Assembly (NCBI GenBank): GCA_048013815.1 | Contig: CM106586.1 | Location: 7,254,001-7,318,000 of the forward strand | Direction of reading: 5' to 3' | DNA from: Setoptus koraiensis | Taxonomy: Eukaryota; Animalia; Arthropoda | Length of the DNA: 64,000 bases | Part shown: piece after piece, positions 37,104-47,519 of the stretch | Layout of the letters: every line of letters begins with the position of its first letter | How positions within the stretch are numbered: the stretch's first letter is position 1 | The notes under the pieces: model-generated | What the model was told of the DNA's origin: nothing | Seen by the model: only the letters and a program-made list of their open reading frames with translations | Database searches by the model: none | Program-made: the position numbers and the translations under genes

Positions 37104-40100
37104 ATGAATAATAGTGAAGCTTCTAAACGATTTAACTCAGCGACACCTGGAACATCGCCTCCGCAGGGTCTGAATTGCTCACAAGATTCTAACAATAGTA
37201 TTAATAGTAACAAATGTCTCGCAAATAAGACAGAAAAAGCCAATCACTATCATTACCTTAAAGGGTTTAGAGTCGAACAATGCGCACAATTTCTCCAGCA
37301 TAAATGCACTAATCACAAACCATTCACGTGTTTTGATTGGCACTTCATGAATCAGAGGAGGCGAAGGCCAGTACGAAAGCGAGATGGAACATTCAATTAT
37401 TCACCAGATACTTATTGCACCAAGTATGACGAAACCACAGGTGTATGTCCCGAGAAAGACGAATGTCCTTATCTTCATCGAACGGCAGGGGATACAGAGC
37501 GGCGATATCACTTGCGCTATTATAAAACTGGCATTTGCGTTTATGATACAGACCCAAGAGGCTACTGTGTCAAGAATGGCCAACATTGTGCTTTCGCTCA
37601 TGGATCGCATGATCTTAGGAATCCTGTCTACGATGTTAAAGAATTACAAAGCATGAGTGCCAATGGCCAAACCGAAGATGTCTCCGATCCGACAGCTATG
37701 CTTCTTAACGCCGGTCCAGCCAATGTTGAGCGCGAGCGAAATGCACTTAATGAAGATCCCAGGTGGAACGAAACAGCCTATGTGCTGGCTAATTATAAAA
37801 CTGAACTGTGTAAACGACCTCCAAGGTTATGTAGACAAGGTTATGCATGTCCTCAGTATCACAATGGTAAAGACCGCAGAAGAACTCCAAAAAGATTTAA
37901 ATATAGATCCACTCCATGTCCCAATACAAAACAAGGCGACGAATGGGGAGATCCCGCAAGTTGTGAACAGGGAGAGTCTTGTCCTTATTGTCATACTAGG
38001 ACCGAGCAACAATTTCATCCTGAGATATATAAATCAACCAAGTGTAATGACATGCAGCAATCTGGATATTGCCCGCGTGGTCCATTTTGTGCTTTCGCAC
38101 ACAACGAGGACGAGATGGTCGCAACTAGGGATATAGATTTAGATTTAGTAGACACAGATACACCTGCAAACCAATTCCTTAAAAGTAACGTTGAAGATCA
38201 GGAAGAATCCAATTTGATCGCTATTAGTCCTCCAAACTGTCATGGCCCCATTGCACGGCCTAGGTCTTACTCTCACTCTCATGCACCCAACGATATCCGT
38301 CATAGCAGTGTCCATTCTATCCTAACAGATCAACGATTTCAGAATGGAATATTAGAGTCAACCAAATGCAGCGAAATCCAAAGTTCGAGTTTTGATCCTC
38401 GCAATCCATTCTGTGTTTTCTCCCACAATGACGAGGACCTGACAAGTAGAAACATCGATTTAGACGATATTGTGAAGGAAACGCCTGCCCAGCATTCACT
38501 TAGAGCACAACTAGAAGAAAGTAATTCTCCTATCTTGAGACCCACTGCCACTCCAACAAATAACCTTGGTCCTATTGCTCGACCGCGATCTTATTCTCAC
38601 TCCCACGCTCGCATGATTGGGGGATTTGGCAGCTTGCACGCGGCCATAGTTGAGCGATCGGGTTTACTAGATGATTCTAAATTAATTAGTGGCACATCCG
38701 GATTGCCAGATCATCAGTCGTTGCTGAATTCCGACAAGTTGCAATCATCGATATCAGCTTCATTTTACTCGACCTCTTCTAACGCTTCTAATTCTCTGAT
38801 AGATCGTGAACTAGCTAATGCTAGCAATTTATTCAGTAATATAGAAAATAATCAAAATCAATCTAGCAACATGTTAAATCAAGATACCTTGAGGAATTGC
38901 TTGAGGAACGAGGAGTCCGAGGCACCCATCACATCTGTACTTAGTTTGGAAGACATAGATTTAGTCAACAGGACTGTTGATCTGGTGAGCAAAAGTGAGA
39001 TGAATTTAGGATTGTCAGGAGCATTGGTCATGAATAGTAATGAAACTTCAAAAAGATTCAACTCAGATACTCCCAGAACATCAGGTTCTCAAAGCGCAAC
39101 CTGTTCTTCGCAAGATTCTACTAATACCATTAGTAATAAGAATCTTGCTAATAAGACAGAGAAGGCCAATCACTATCATTACCTTAAAGGGTTTAGAGTC
39201 GAACAATGCGCACAATTTCTCCAGCATAAATGCACTAATCACAAACCATTCACTTGTTTTGATTGGCACTTCATGAATCAGAGGAGGCGAAGGCCAGTGC
39301 GAAAGCGAGATGGAACATTCAATTATTCACCAGATACTTATTGCACCAAGTATGACGAAACCACAGGTGTATGTCCCGAGAAAGACGAATGTCCTTATCT
39401 TCATCGAACGGCAGGGGATACAGAGCGGCGATATCACTTGCGCTATTATAAAACTGGCATTTGCGTTTACGATACAGACCCAAGAGGCTACTGTGTCAAG
39501 AATGGCCAACATTGTGCTTTCGCTCATGGATCGCATGATCTTAGGAATCCTGTCTACGATGTTAAAGAATTACAAAGCATGAGTGCTAATGGCCAAACCG
39601 AAGATGTCTCCGATCCGACAGCTATGCTTCTTAACGCCGGTCCAGCCAATGTTGAGCGCGAGCGAAATGCACTTAATGAAGATCCCAGGTGGAACGAAAC
39701 AGCCTATGTGCTGGCTAATTATAAAACTGAACTGTGTAAACGACCTCCAAGGTTATGTAGACAAGGTTATGCATGTCCTCAGTATCACAACGGTAAAGAC
39801 CGCAGAAGAACTCCAAAAAGATTCAAATATAGATCCACTCCATGTCCCAATACAAAACAAGGCGACGAATGGGGAGATCCCGCAAGTTGTGAGCAGGGAG
39901 AGTCTTGTCCTTATTGTCATACTAGGACCGAGCAACAATTTCATCCTGAGATATATAAATCAACCAAGTGTAATGACATGCAGCAATCTGGATATTGCCC
40001 GCGTGGTCCATTTTGTGCTTTCGCACACAACGAGGACGAGATGGTCGCAACTAGGGATATAGATTTAGATTTAGTAGACACAGATACACCTGCAAACCAA

Positions 40101-40770
40101 TTCCTTAAAAGTAACGTTGAAGATCAGGAAGAATCCAATTTGATCGCTATTAGTCCTCCAAACTGTCATGGCCCCATTGCACGGCCTAGGTCTTACTCTC
40201 ACTCTCATGCACCCAACGATATCCGTCATAGCAGTGTCCATTCTATCCTAACAGATCAACGATTTCAGAATGGAATATTAGAGTCAACCAAATGCAGCGA
40301 AATCCAAAGTTCGAGTTTTGATCCTCGCAATCCATTCTGTGTTTTCTCCCACAATGACGAGGACCTGACAAGTAGAAACATCGATTTAGACGATATTGTG
40401 AAGGAAACGCCTGCCCAGCATTCACTTAGAGCACAACTAGAAGAAAGTAATTCTCCTATCTTGAGACCCACTGCCACTCCAACAAATAACCTTGGTCCTA
40501 TTGCTCGACCGCGATCTTATTCTCACTCCCACGCTCGCATGATCGAGGGATTCAGTAGCTTGCATGCGGCCATAGTTGAGAGATCGGGTTTACTAGATGA
40601 TTCTAAATTAATTAGTGGCACATCCGGATTGCCAGACCATCAATCGTTGCTGAATTCCGACAAGTTGCAATCATCGATATCAGCTTCATTTTACTCGACC
40701 TCTCCTAATGCTTCGAACTCACTGATTGATAGAGAATTGGCAAGTTCTAGTAATTTGTTCACATCATTGA
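37104..40770 (+). repeat. Head-to-tail tandem duplication, period 1926 bp (copy 1 37104-39029, copy 2 from 39030)
   Basis: ATG 37104 vs ATG 39030, and the paired small ORFs in the track (37384/39310, 37657/39583, 38317/40243), are all offset by 1926. The core is near-identical and both ends are diverged. Confidence 0.97.
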
Positions 40771-40826
40771 GAAAACACAATTCATCCACTGATGGTGACA
40801 TGCTGAATCAGAGTAATCTTAACTAA
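37104..40826 (+). CDS. unk: Unkempt-family CCCH zinc-finger RNA-binding protein, internally duplicated (2 x ZF cluster), no RING; 1240 aa, intronless
   Basis: The translation has the diagnostic Unkempt N-terminal block (HYHYLKGFRVEQC...CFDWHFMNQRRRRP...YSPDTYCTKYDETTGVCP...CPYLHRTAGDTERRYHLRYYKTGIC...CAFAHG...NYKTELCKRPPRLCRQGYACPQYHN...KYRSTPCP...CHTRTEQQFHPEIYKSTKCNDMQQSGYCPRGPFCAFAH) twice. The first ATG is at 37104 (gacATGaat). The ORF-track start at 36915 is a TTG upstream of a TAT microsatellite. Stop TAA at 40824-40826. Confidence 0.93.
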   Translation: MNNSEASKRFNSATPGTSPPQGLNCSQDSNNSINSNKCLANKTEKANHYHYLKGFRVEQCAQFLQHKCTNHKPFTCFDWHFMNQRRRRPVRKRDGTFNYSPDTYCTKYDETTGVCPEKDECPYLHRTAGDTERRYHLRYYKTGICVYDTDPRGYCVKNGQHCAFAHGSHDLRNPVYDVKELQSMSANGQTEDVSDPTAMLLNAGPANVERERNALNEDPRWNETAYVLANYKTELCKRPPRLCRQGYACPQYHNGKDRRRTPKRFKYRSTPCPNTKQGDEWGDPASCEQGESCPYCHTRTEQQFHPEIYKSTKCNDMQQSGYCPRGPFCAFAHNEDEMVATRDIDLDLVDTDTPANQFLKSNVEDQEESNLIAISPPNCHGPIARPRSYSHSHAPNDIRHSSVHSILTDQRFQNGILESTKCSEIQSSSFDPRNPFCVFSHNDEDLTSRNIDLDDIVKETPAQHSLRAQLEESNSPILRPTATPTNNLGPIARPRSYSHSHARMIGGFGSLHAAIVERSGLLDDSKLISGTSGLPDHQSLLNSDKLQSSISASFYSTSSNASNSLIDRELANASNLFSNIENNQNQSSNMLNQDTLRNCLRNEESEAPITSVLSLEDIDLVNRTVDLVSKSEMNLGLSGALVMNSNETSKRFNSDTPRTSGSQSATCSSQDSTNTISNKNLANKTEKANHYHYLKGFRVEQCAQFLQHKCTNHKPFTCFDWHFMNQRRRRPVRKRDGTFNYSPDTYCTKYDETTGVCPEKDECPYLHRTAGDTERRYHLRYYKTGICVYDTDPRGYCVKNGQHCAFAHGSHDLRNPVYDVKELQSMSANGQTEDVSDPTAMLLNAGPANVERERNALNEDPRWNETAYVLANYKTELCKRPPRLCRQGYACPQYHNGKDRRRTPKRFKYRSTPCPNTKQGDEWGDPASCEQGESCPYCHTRTEQQFHPEIYKSTKCNDMQQSGYCPRGPFCAFAHNEDEMVATRDIDLDLVDTDTPANQFLKSNVEDQEESNLIAISPPNCHGPIARPRSYSHSHAPNDIRHSSVHSILTDQRFQNGILESTKCSEIQSSSFDPRNPFCVFSHNDEDLTSRNIDLDDIVKETPAQHSLRAQLEESNSPILRPTATPTNNLGPIARPRSYSHSHARMIEGFSSLHAAIVERSGLLDDSKLISGTSGLPDHQSLLNSDKLQSSISASFYSTSPNASNSLIDRELASSSNLFTSLRKHNSSTDGDMLNQSNLN

Positions 40827-40829
40827 TAT

Positions 40830-40901
40830 ATTAAAAGTAACAAATTGATTAAATCAAAAAATAGTTCCACCAAAGACTACTGTCTGTTTATTTTCTTTAT
40901 T
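40830..40901. terminator. Back-to-back polyadenylation signals for convergent unk (+; ATTAAA at 40830 and 40848) and Phox2 (-; AATAAA at 40887-40892 and 40896-40901)
   Basis: Hexamers seen directly in the 141-bp gap between the two stop codons. Their use is inferred. Confidence 0.5.
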
Positions 40902-40967
40902 ACCGCTATCCGTACATCTAATCTTATCTGGTGTTTGATGTGGTGCTCCAAAGTTTACTGTGGCCTC

Positions 40968-41204
40968 TCAATCTACTTCCTCTTTCTTTTCTGTGAATCT
41001 CTTACTTTTGGGGAATGGTGATTTGGAAGTTAGTTCAATGTTGGTCGTGATTGAATTTGCAATGGCATTTTGATTGGACACAGCGATGCTAGTGCTATTG
41101 TGGTCATTTATTGTGGTGGTGTTTGCCGGCGATGATGATGTAATATCATTTTCATTTGTTTTCTCTATCTTACGAAACTTTGCCCTCCGATTCTGAAACC
41201 AGAC
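40968..41204 (-). CDS. Phox2: Phox2 coding exon 2: helix 3 of the homeodomain plus short C-terminus (VWFQNRRAKFRKIEK...KKEEVD*, 78 aa); full protein about 829 aa
   Basis: Not in the ORF track. Read by hand on the minus strand: pyrimidine tract ctgtctctgttgtattccttgtgtag|GTC TGG TTT CAG AAT CGG AGG GCA AAG TTT CGT AAG, open to TGA at 40968-40970. It joins exon 1 in phase 0 at the canonical PRD-class codon 46/47 position and gives a Q50 homeodomain. Confidence 0.92.
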   Translation of the reverse strand, partial: VWFQNRRAKFRKIEKTNENDITSSSPANTTTINDHNSTSIAVSNQNAIANSITTNIELTSKSPFPKSKRFTEKKEEVD

Positions 41205-44200
41205 CTACACAAGGAATACAACAGAGACAGTAAGATGAAATTATTAGCCATAGTAGTAACATAGATTAATTTTGTGCCCTTGAGCGACGACGAGTGCTAA
41301 GCGACGTTCAAAAGGGAGCAGAGTATGGAGAGCAACCGAAATAGTTGATTGATATATAATAATGTTAGTTAACACTCATTGAAGGAGAAGGCTCGCCTAT
41401 GAATAATTAACAAGTGCAAGTTGAGTGTGTGTGAAATCTAGCATGAAGACATTTGCGGCAATTAAGAACCCAGCGGCCCTATATGTTGCCCTATATTGTT
41501 TGCGCGATCGCTTTCTGGTGATGGCCTGATGATAGTCACTACTATTGCATAAGAGTAGTGTATCAGGGATCAAGATTGAAGCATTAGCTAGAACTCAAGA
41601 CTTGAGTCACCATCAGGTGAGTAATTTGGCCTGTCGAGTTCATCGGTTGGCGCATGCATGAGCCGACCCCGGACTATCAATTGGTGCATTGAATTGCTGA
41701 TCGAAATTGATTCATCGTAACGGGCATGCCGAAACGGAAATCAATATTCTAAAGAATATGTGAGGCCAAGAACATACAACAGCGATAACAGTGAGAGTGT
41801 TGGGTGAGTTACGTGAGAGATCGGTGGTGTGGTAATATCGCTTTATATTGATTGCGATCGCTGGCGGTCACAGCATAAGGCTACATGAGCGCCGCCATGG
41901 TGCTATATGGGGCTACATGCTTCAGGGTGCTTTGGGGGGATGTGTCTCGCATAGGTAGCCTGCAGTATGTTGTTGTGTGGCAATTGCTGTTATGTAAGGT
42001 TATGTAAGTTAGCGGTGGTGCCGCCGCCGCCCAATTCTATTTGCAATTATATTAATCACCATGTGGGGGGCTGGGGGTGCTACTACTTACACTAGAGACA
42101 AGTAGCAGTGGCAAAAGTAGTGGCTTTTAGTTACTTATAGTGCAATCATGCAGATCAAGTGAGAAGCTGAGCTAGCTTCTTGCGTTCGCGTTCGCGTTCG
42201 CGACCGCCAGCCGACTAGGCACATAGCGACCGATTGGTGGCAGCTGACACGGCGACTAACGACAACAATATGCATGATAATGCTAACCAGATGGCCCGAC
42301 CATCCTTCTTCGTTTGCGGGGCCCCTCGGTCCGCTTATTTATGCATCCCATTATAACTGTCTGCCGGTGCTGTGTCTGTTTGCGCGCTGTTGTTTGTGCT
42401 GTCTGGTGGTTGCTGGTGGTCGTCGGTTGTTGTCGGTTGTTGTCGGTTGCTGTCGGTTGTTGTTGCGCCGTTGTTGCGCTTCCTGGCGGCCTACAACATA
42501 TACAACATTTACACATGAAGCATATATGTACACATAGAGACCACTTAATGGATGCAAGATCGCCAGCGAGCACACCCTTTTCTTGCGGTCATCATTAATG
42601 CGCGAATATATCAAATTGTAGCGCCGCCACTAGTTATAAAATGGCCAGCATGTTGTTTATATAGGCTAGAGGCCGGTAACAAGTTTACAGGCCGGCTCGC
42701 CAGTCAGCCAGCGAGCCGGTTGAGTCACGGAAAGTCAGTGGGTTGAGTGTGCCGGCCACGGGTAGTCAGCGGGTTGAGTGCGCCGGCCACGGGTAGTCAG
42801 CGGGTTATCAGTGGGTAGTTGGCGCGCGATTAAGATGATTAGCACTGGAAATGGCTTACAATCAGTTGAGTGCGGCCGGCGCGGGCGTCTCGGCTCGGCT
42901 CGGGTTGGCCTTCGAGCACCTTTGGCGGTTGCTGTAGGCACCATACCCGGCGCGGCTGCAAGCAACGGGACTCGTGCACTTGTGTAGCTGCAAACAAAGG
43001 TCGTGTCAGTTGGCGATGGCGAGAACGCAAGCGACGCAAACGACGAGCTGCACAACGTGATGTGCCAGCGATCAAATTATCCGACAAGTGTCGTCTGAGT
43101 TTTTGCACTTGTCAGATTTTTGGCTCCTCAGCGGCTTTTGGACTTTTAGTGGAGCGCGTTTCCCGTTCCGCGTTTGCCTGCGTTGCCCTTTGGCTGGCGC
43201 TCGCGACAGCCCCCAACTAGCGATCCGCGAGTGGCGCTGCCGGGCCGGCCCAAACTCATCAAGTGACGACTTGAACACTCAGCCAGCAGACCCCGTTGGC
43301 TGGATGTCACCAGAGCGAGCGCGACAGCGATCAGCCGCGACAGCGACAACGACAGCAGCAACGACAACGACGGCAGCAACGACGACGACGGCAGCAACGA
43401 CAACGACAGCAACAACAGCAACGACGGCAACAACAACAACAAAGACAACAGTTTAGGTAGGCTAAACTGGCGGTTACGGCGCCGCGAGCACAAGTGCAGC
43501 GGACATGGTTGTCGCGATGTCATTGCCGCTGTCATTGATGGGTCAAGCCAGTCGCCGATTCGCTCCGGACAAGCGGACGGGGCGCGCGGAGAGCGGGGGC
43601 CCGTTCGCGAGTGCGGCTCGGAGCGCCGGTCCGAGTTGCTCGGGTTTGCAGTTGGCAGGTTGATGTGGTCGCCGCGACGGCCCCATATAGATTCAAACTG
43701 GCTTGCGTTTGGGCTGTTCGCTGGTTCTGGCTTCGGTGGCCCAATTGCTGGCTCCCGCGCCCCGTATTCCCTAATGGATTTGGCTGTTCAACAAATGAGC
43801 CAGAACTGGTTTTGTTGTGGCTCATTCGCCGCGGTGAATTGCCACCAAACAGCACCGACCAACCAAACCAACGAACGGGCTCCTCAGCGGCGGCGGCGGC
43901 AACCTGGCTGTTTCAGGCGGCTCGGTTCTGTCGGAGGGCCCCGCCGATAGAACTGGGCAGAAGCGGGTCGCTGCTGGCAGGCCGACAGCGTCGTCGGGCG
44001 ATCGTCAGGCGGCCATGACTAGCGGAGCATGCTGCGTCGGGCTTTTGCACTTGTTTCTGGGCTGTCGGCGCCGCTGTTTGTTTACGGCGACACAGTGACT
44101 GCGTTTAGTTTTGGACCGGCCGCGGAACGGGGCCCGCCGACAACTGGCGACCGCCGACAACTAGCGACCGCACACGGGCGACGAGCAGCCACGTCAGCCG

Positions 44201-44742
44201 GGCCAACGCGCCAGTGGATCAGTGGGGCGCTCTGGCAGTGTTTGCGCTCTGCCGGGCCGGGCCGGCCCACAAACAAAGAGGCCCCGCGTAAGTGGGCCAC
44301 TCTTGTAGTTGTCGGCGTTGTTGATGATGATGATGTCATCGTTGGATCAACAATCGAGCGCGGCCAACAACCGTTTTTGGGTGCACTGGGCCGGGCCGGC
44401 ACAGCGGAGCCAGACGGGGAGGGGGGACAACTCGGGCCCCGGCAGCTACAAACGGCGCAATGTTTAAATAATGATCGCCAATAAATTGATGACTATTTAA
44501 AGTTGTCAAACACGCCGCTACAACATTAACTGTCACGAGCAGGCAAGTAAGCTGAACGCTCCAACAACAAGCAACCGGCAACCAACAACAACCAACAACG
44601 AGCGACCGGCGGCCACGGGGCCCCAATCGTGATTGTTATCGATGTTGTCAATGTTGAATGAGCTGAAATGAACTGGCTGCCAGCGACCGCGACCCTCACA
44701 ATGGGCCGACCAGTCATGCAAAAATGGCAGAAGCGCATTTGT

Positions 44743-44786
<44 letters not shown>

Positions 44787-45266
44787 TTGCTGCTGTTGTT
44801 GTTCCGCTACTGGCCGCCACTGGCCGCCACTAGGCGCCACAATGTTTGCCTGCATTATAATCACCATAATCCATCGATCGCGGGCCCTAATAACTGGCGC
44901 AAATCGCGCTGCGACTTGTCAGTGTCAGTGTCATCATCGCATGACACACACACGCACAACATTACGCAACGCCAACGTGCCGCGTTGCGCCCCACAAAAC
45001 AACCACTGACACATCAGCAGCGCCAGTCGATGATGACGGCGGCGGCGGCGGCGATGACGCAACGCTTATTGTGCCGGCGCAATAACGCACAATGATGCAC
45101 ACATTATACACAATAAACTGGCTGAAATTATTGCGCAATCATTGCGCCACTGTTGCGACACAATACGATTCTATAACCAATTCTCTCGAACTCTCCGGTA
45201 ATTGACGCAATCAGCGCGATCGCTCGCAACAAAACGACCGCTCGCCACGAGGCGACAAACACTCAC
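41205..45266 (-). other. Phox2 homeobox intron (4062 bp, GT-AG)
   Basis: Bounded by GTGAGT and gtgtag. It contains CAA/CGA and TGT/TGC triplet tracts and no conserved ORF. Confidence 0.88.
44741..44801. repeat. (TGT/TGC)n triplet repeat in the Phox2 intron
   Basis: Direct reading. Confidence 0.9.
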
Positions 45267-46341
45267 CTGCACGCGCGCCTCGGTCAGGTCGGTGCGACTG
45301 GCGATCTCCTCGCGGGTGTAAATGTCGGGATAGTGCGTCTCTTGGAAGGCCTTCTCTAGATCCTGCAATTGCAAATTGGTGAACGTGGTGCGAATGCGCC
45401 GCTGTTTGCGCTTCTCGGCCGCGGACGAGCTCGCAGAGCAGCTATTGTTGCTGTTGTTGTTGTTGTTGTTGGAGCTATTATTGCCAGAATTGTTTAAATT
45501 GTTGCTGTTCTTGGCCTGGCGCGAACAATTCCTCTTTTTGGCCGTCTTGGTGCGCCTCTTCGACCGCGCGCACCTGATCTGGTGGGCAGCGGCACCACTT
45601 CCGGTGCTGCTGGCCAGTTTGTGCGTGTCCGTCTCGTCGTCCTCTTCGTCGGCGCTGCTAGTGACACTGGTGGCGCCCAGCAAACTGCCGCTGTTGCTGG
45701 TGTCCTCTATTAGGTGCTCGTCTGTCAGAAGCACAATGTTGGTCGCGTCACTGCTCAAGTTGGCACCGTTACTTGTCAGCAAATTGTCCGCCAAGATACA
45801 ATTCAAATTTTTGCGACAGCTCACATCTCGGTGATGTTGATGATTGCGCAACTGCGCCAATGAATCCGCACCGGCCAGATCGCTGGTGCTCAGCGAATCG
45901 GCGCCAGGCGGCACTGCTGTTCTCAGGCTGGCACTCACCTTGAACGCTGCCGGTCGCTGGTGTTGTTGCTGTTGTTGTTGTTGTTGTTGTTGAATGGTGT
46001 CCGCGTATGCGGCAAACCGGCGATGATTGTCAAAGTCCAACACTGACACAGACGACACTGACGAGTCGGTCAGTTCGTCCGTCACTTGACTCTGATTGTC
46101 GGCACAATACAGCATCTGTTCATAGTGACCGTTATTGTGACCGCAGACAGCCTGCTGACAGCCCGCAGCACCGTTGCACGCCATCAGCTGACTGCCCGCC
46201 GCTGCTGACCTGCTGTTAAGTGACACAACTGACAGGCCTGTCAAATGCTCGTCAGCTGTTGGCTGTGGGTTCTGTTTTGGCTGGTGCTGTTGTGCAGCGT
46301 GCGCCACGAGTGCACCTGTCGCCGTGTTGTGATGCTGCTGC

Positions 46342-46423
<82 letters not shown>

Positions 46424-46425
46424 GC

Positions 46426-46504
<79 letters not shown>

Positions 46505-47519
46505 GGGATAGCTGCGATACTTGTGACTGTGCGATTTGGTTGGAGGGGCAAAATTGTTGTTGTTGCCAGTGCTGCTGGCTGGCCTCTTGCGCAATAACTG
46601 GCTGGTTGTTGGTGTCTTGAGTGCTGCTGTGCTGCATGTAGTGGTGGTAGTTGTCCTGTTGTTGCTGTCTGCCGTCCACGTGCGCAATGGGCGCGTGCTG
46701 GTGCACCGTTGGTGCTGCAATTTGGGCTTGGTGATCCAGGTGACCGTTGCAAGGGGCCTGTTGATGGTGCTGCTGATGGTGCTGGTGCTGATGATGGTTC
46801 TGGTGCGAGAAGGCTGTTGCGACGGCAACCAGCGCCGCTTGCTCGACCAGCGCCGACTGGTGATCGCGCGGATCAGCGTTATATGAGTGAGCGAGCTGGT
46901 GGCCTGTTGCTGGCTCTTGCTGTTGCTGGTAACCCGTCAGCTGATGACTGAACTCGGCTTCGAGGTGACACTGCTGGTTGAACTGGTTGTGCTGCTGGTG
47001 CTGCTGCTCGTGATGATGGTGCTCGTTGGGGTGACGCGATTGGTGGGCGCTGTTGGCCAGTAGGTGGTGCTGCTGCGGCTGATGGTGTCCCGTTAGATGG
47101 TAGCTGTCAGCGCTGTCAGCTGTGTGTGCAACGGTCTGTTGTTGTGGCATGAAGCAGGCCGATTGGTTAGGCGCTTGTTGCCGGTAATTGTTGGCTAGTT
47201 TTGTTTGTTGTTCATTGCTGTTGTTATTGTCTGCTGTGCTGTTGCTATTGTTGTTGTTGTCGTGGCCAATTGTCTGATAATGATGCAATGACGACATGTT
47301 GTTGCTTATTACGTAATGATGATGATGATGACTATAGGCCGCCGCTGGTTGTGTCATAACGCTCACTGGTGCGCAATTGGCGCTGTTGGCCGCTAGTGTG
47401 TGTGTCATCATGTTGGCCGCAATTAGTTTATCTGGCAGATCCAAAACTGTGGAAATACTGTTAGTCGACGTATTGTTATAGTTTGAGTGACCGACGCTGC
47501 AACTGCTGGTCATGCTCAT
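45267..47519 (-). CDS. Phox2: Phox2/PHDP-type paired-like homeobox gene, coding exon 1 (751 codons; His/Gln/Asn-rich N-terminus plus homeodomain residues 1-46)
   Basis: [49 protein letters not shown] matches the PHOX2 homeodomain (RRIRTTFT signature). It ends at a consensus donor CAG|GTGAGT (45267/45266). ATG at 47517-47519. Confidence 0.9.
46335..46505 (-). repeat. Coding poly-glutamine tract, 57 Gln: (CAA)26 CAG (CAA)27 (CAG)3
   Basis: Counted directly from the TTG/CTG run on the + strand, in frame with the Phox2 ORF. Confidence 0.93.

Noticed and set aside
37104-40770. Unkempt duplication as a pure assembly artefact
   Set aside because: Diverged termini, a unique in-frame junction linker and synonymous-only core differences are not expected from simple read duplication. 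Long reads are still needed for proof.
45171-45266. C-terminal [10 protein letters not shown]...ENWL of the 782-aa ORF
   Set aside because: Intron read-through after the CAG|GTGAGT donor; helix 3 is encoded at 41204-40968.
45376-46951. Poly-Leu/Val/Asn/Thr ORFs
   Set aside because: Shadows of the Phox2 CAA repeat region.
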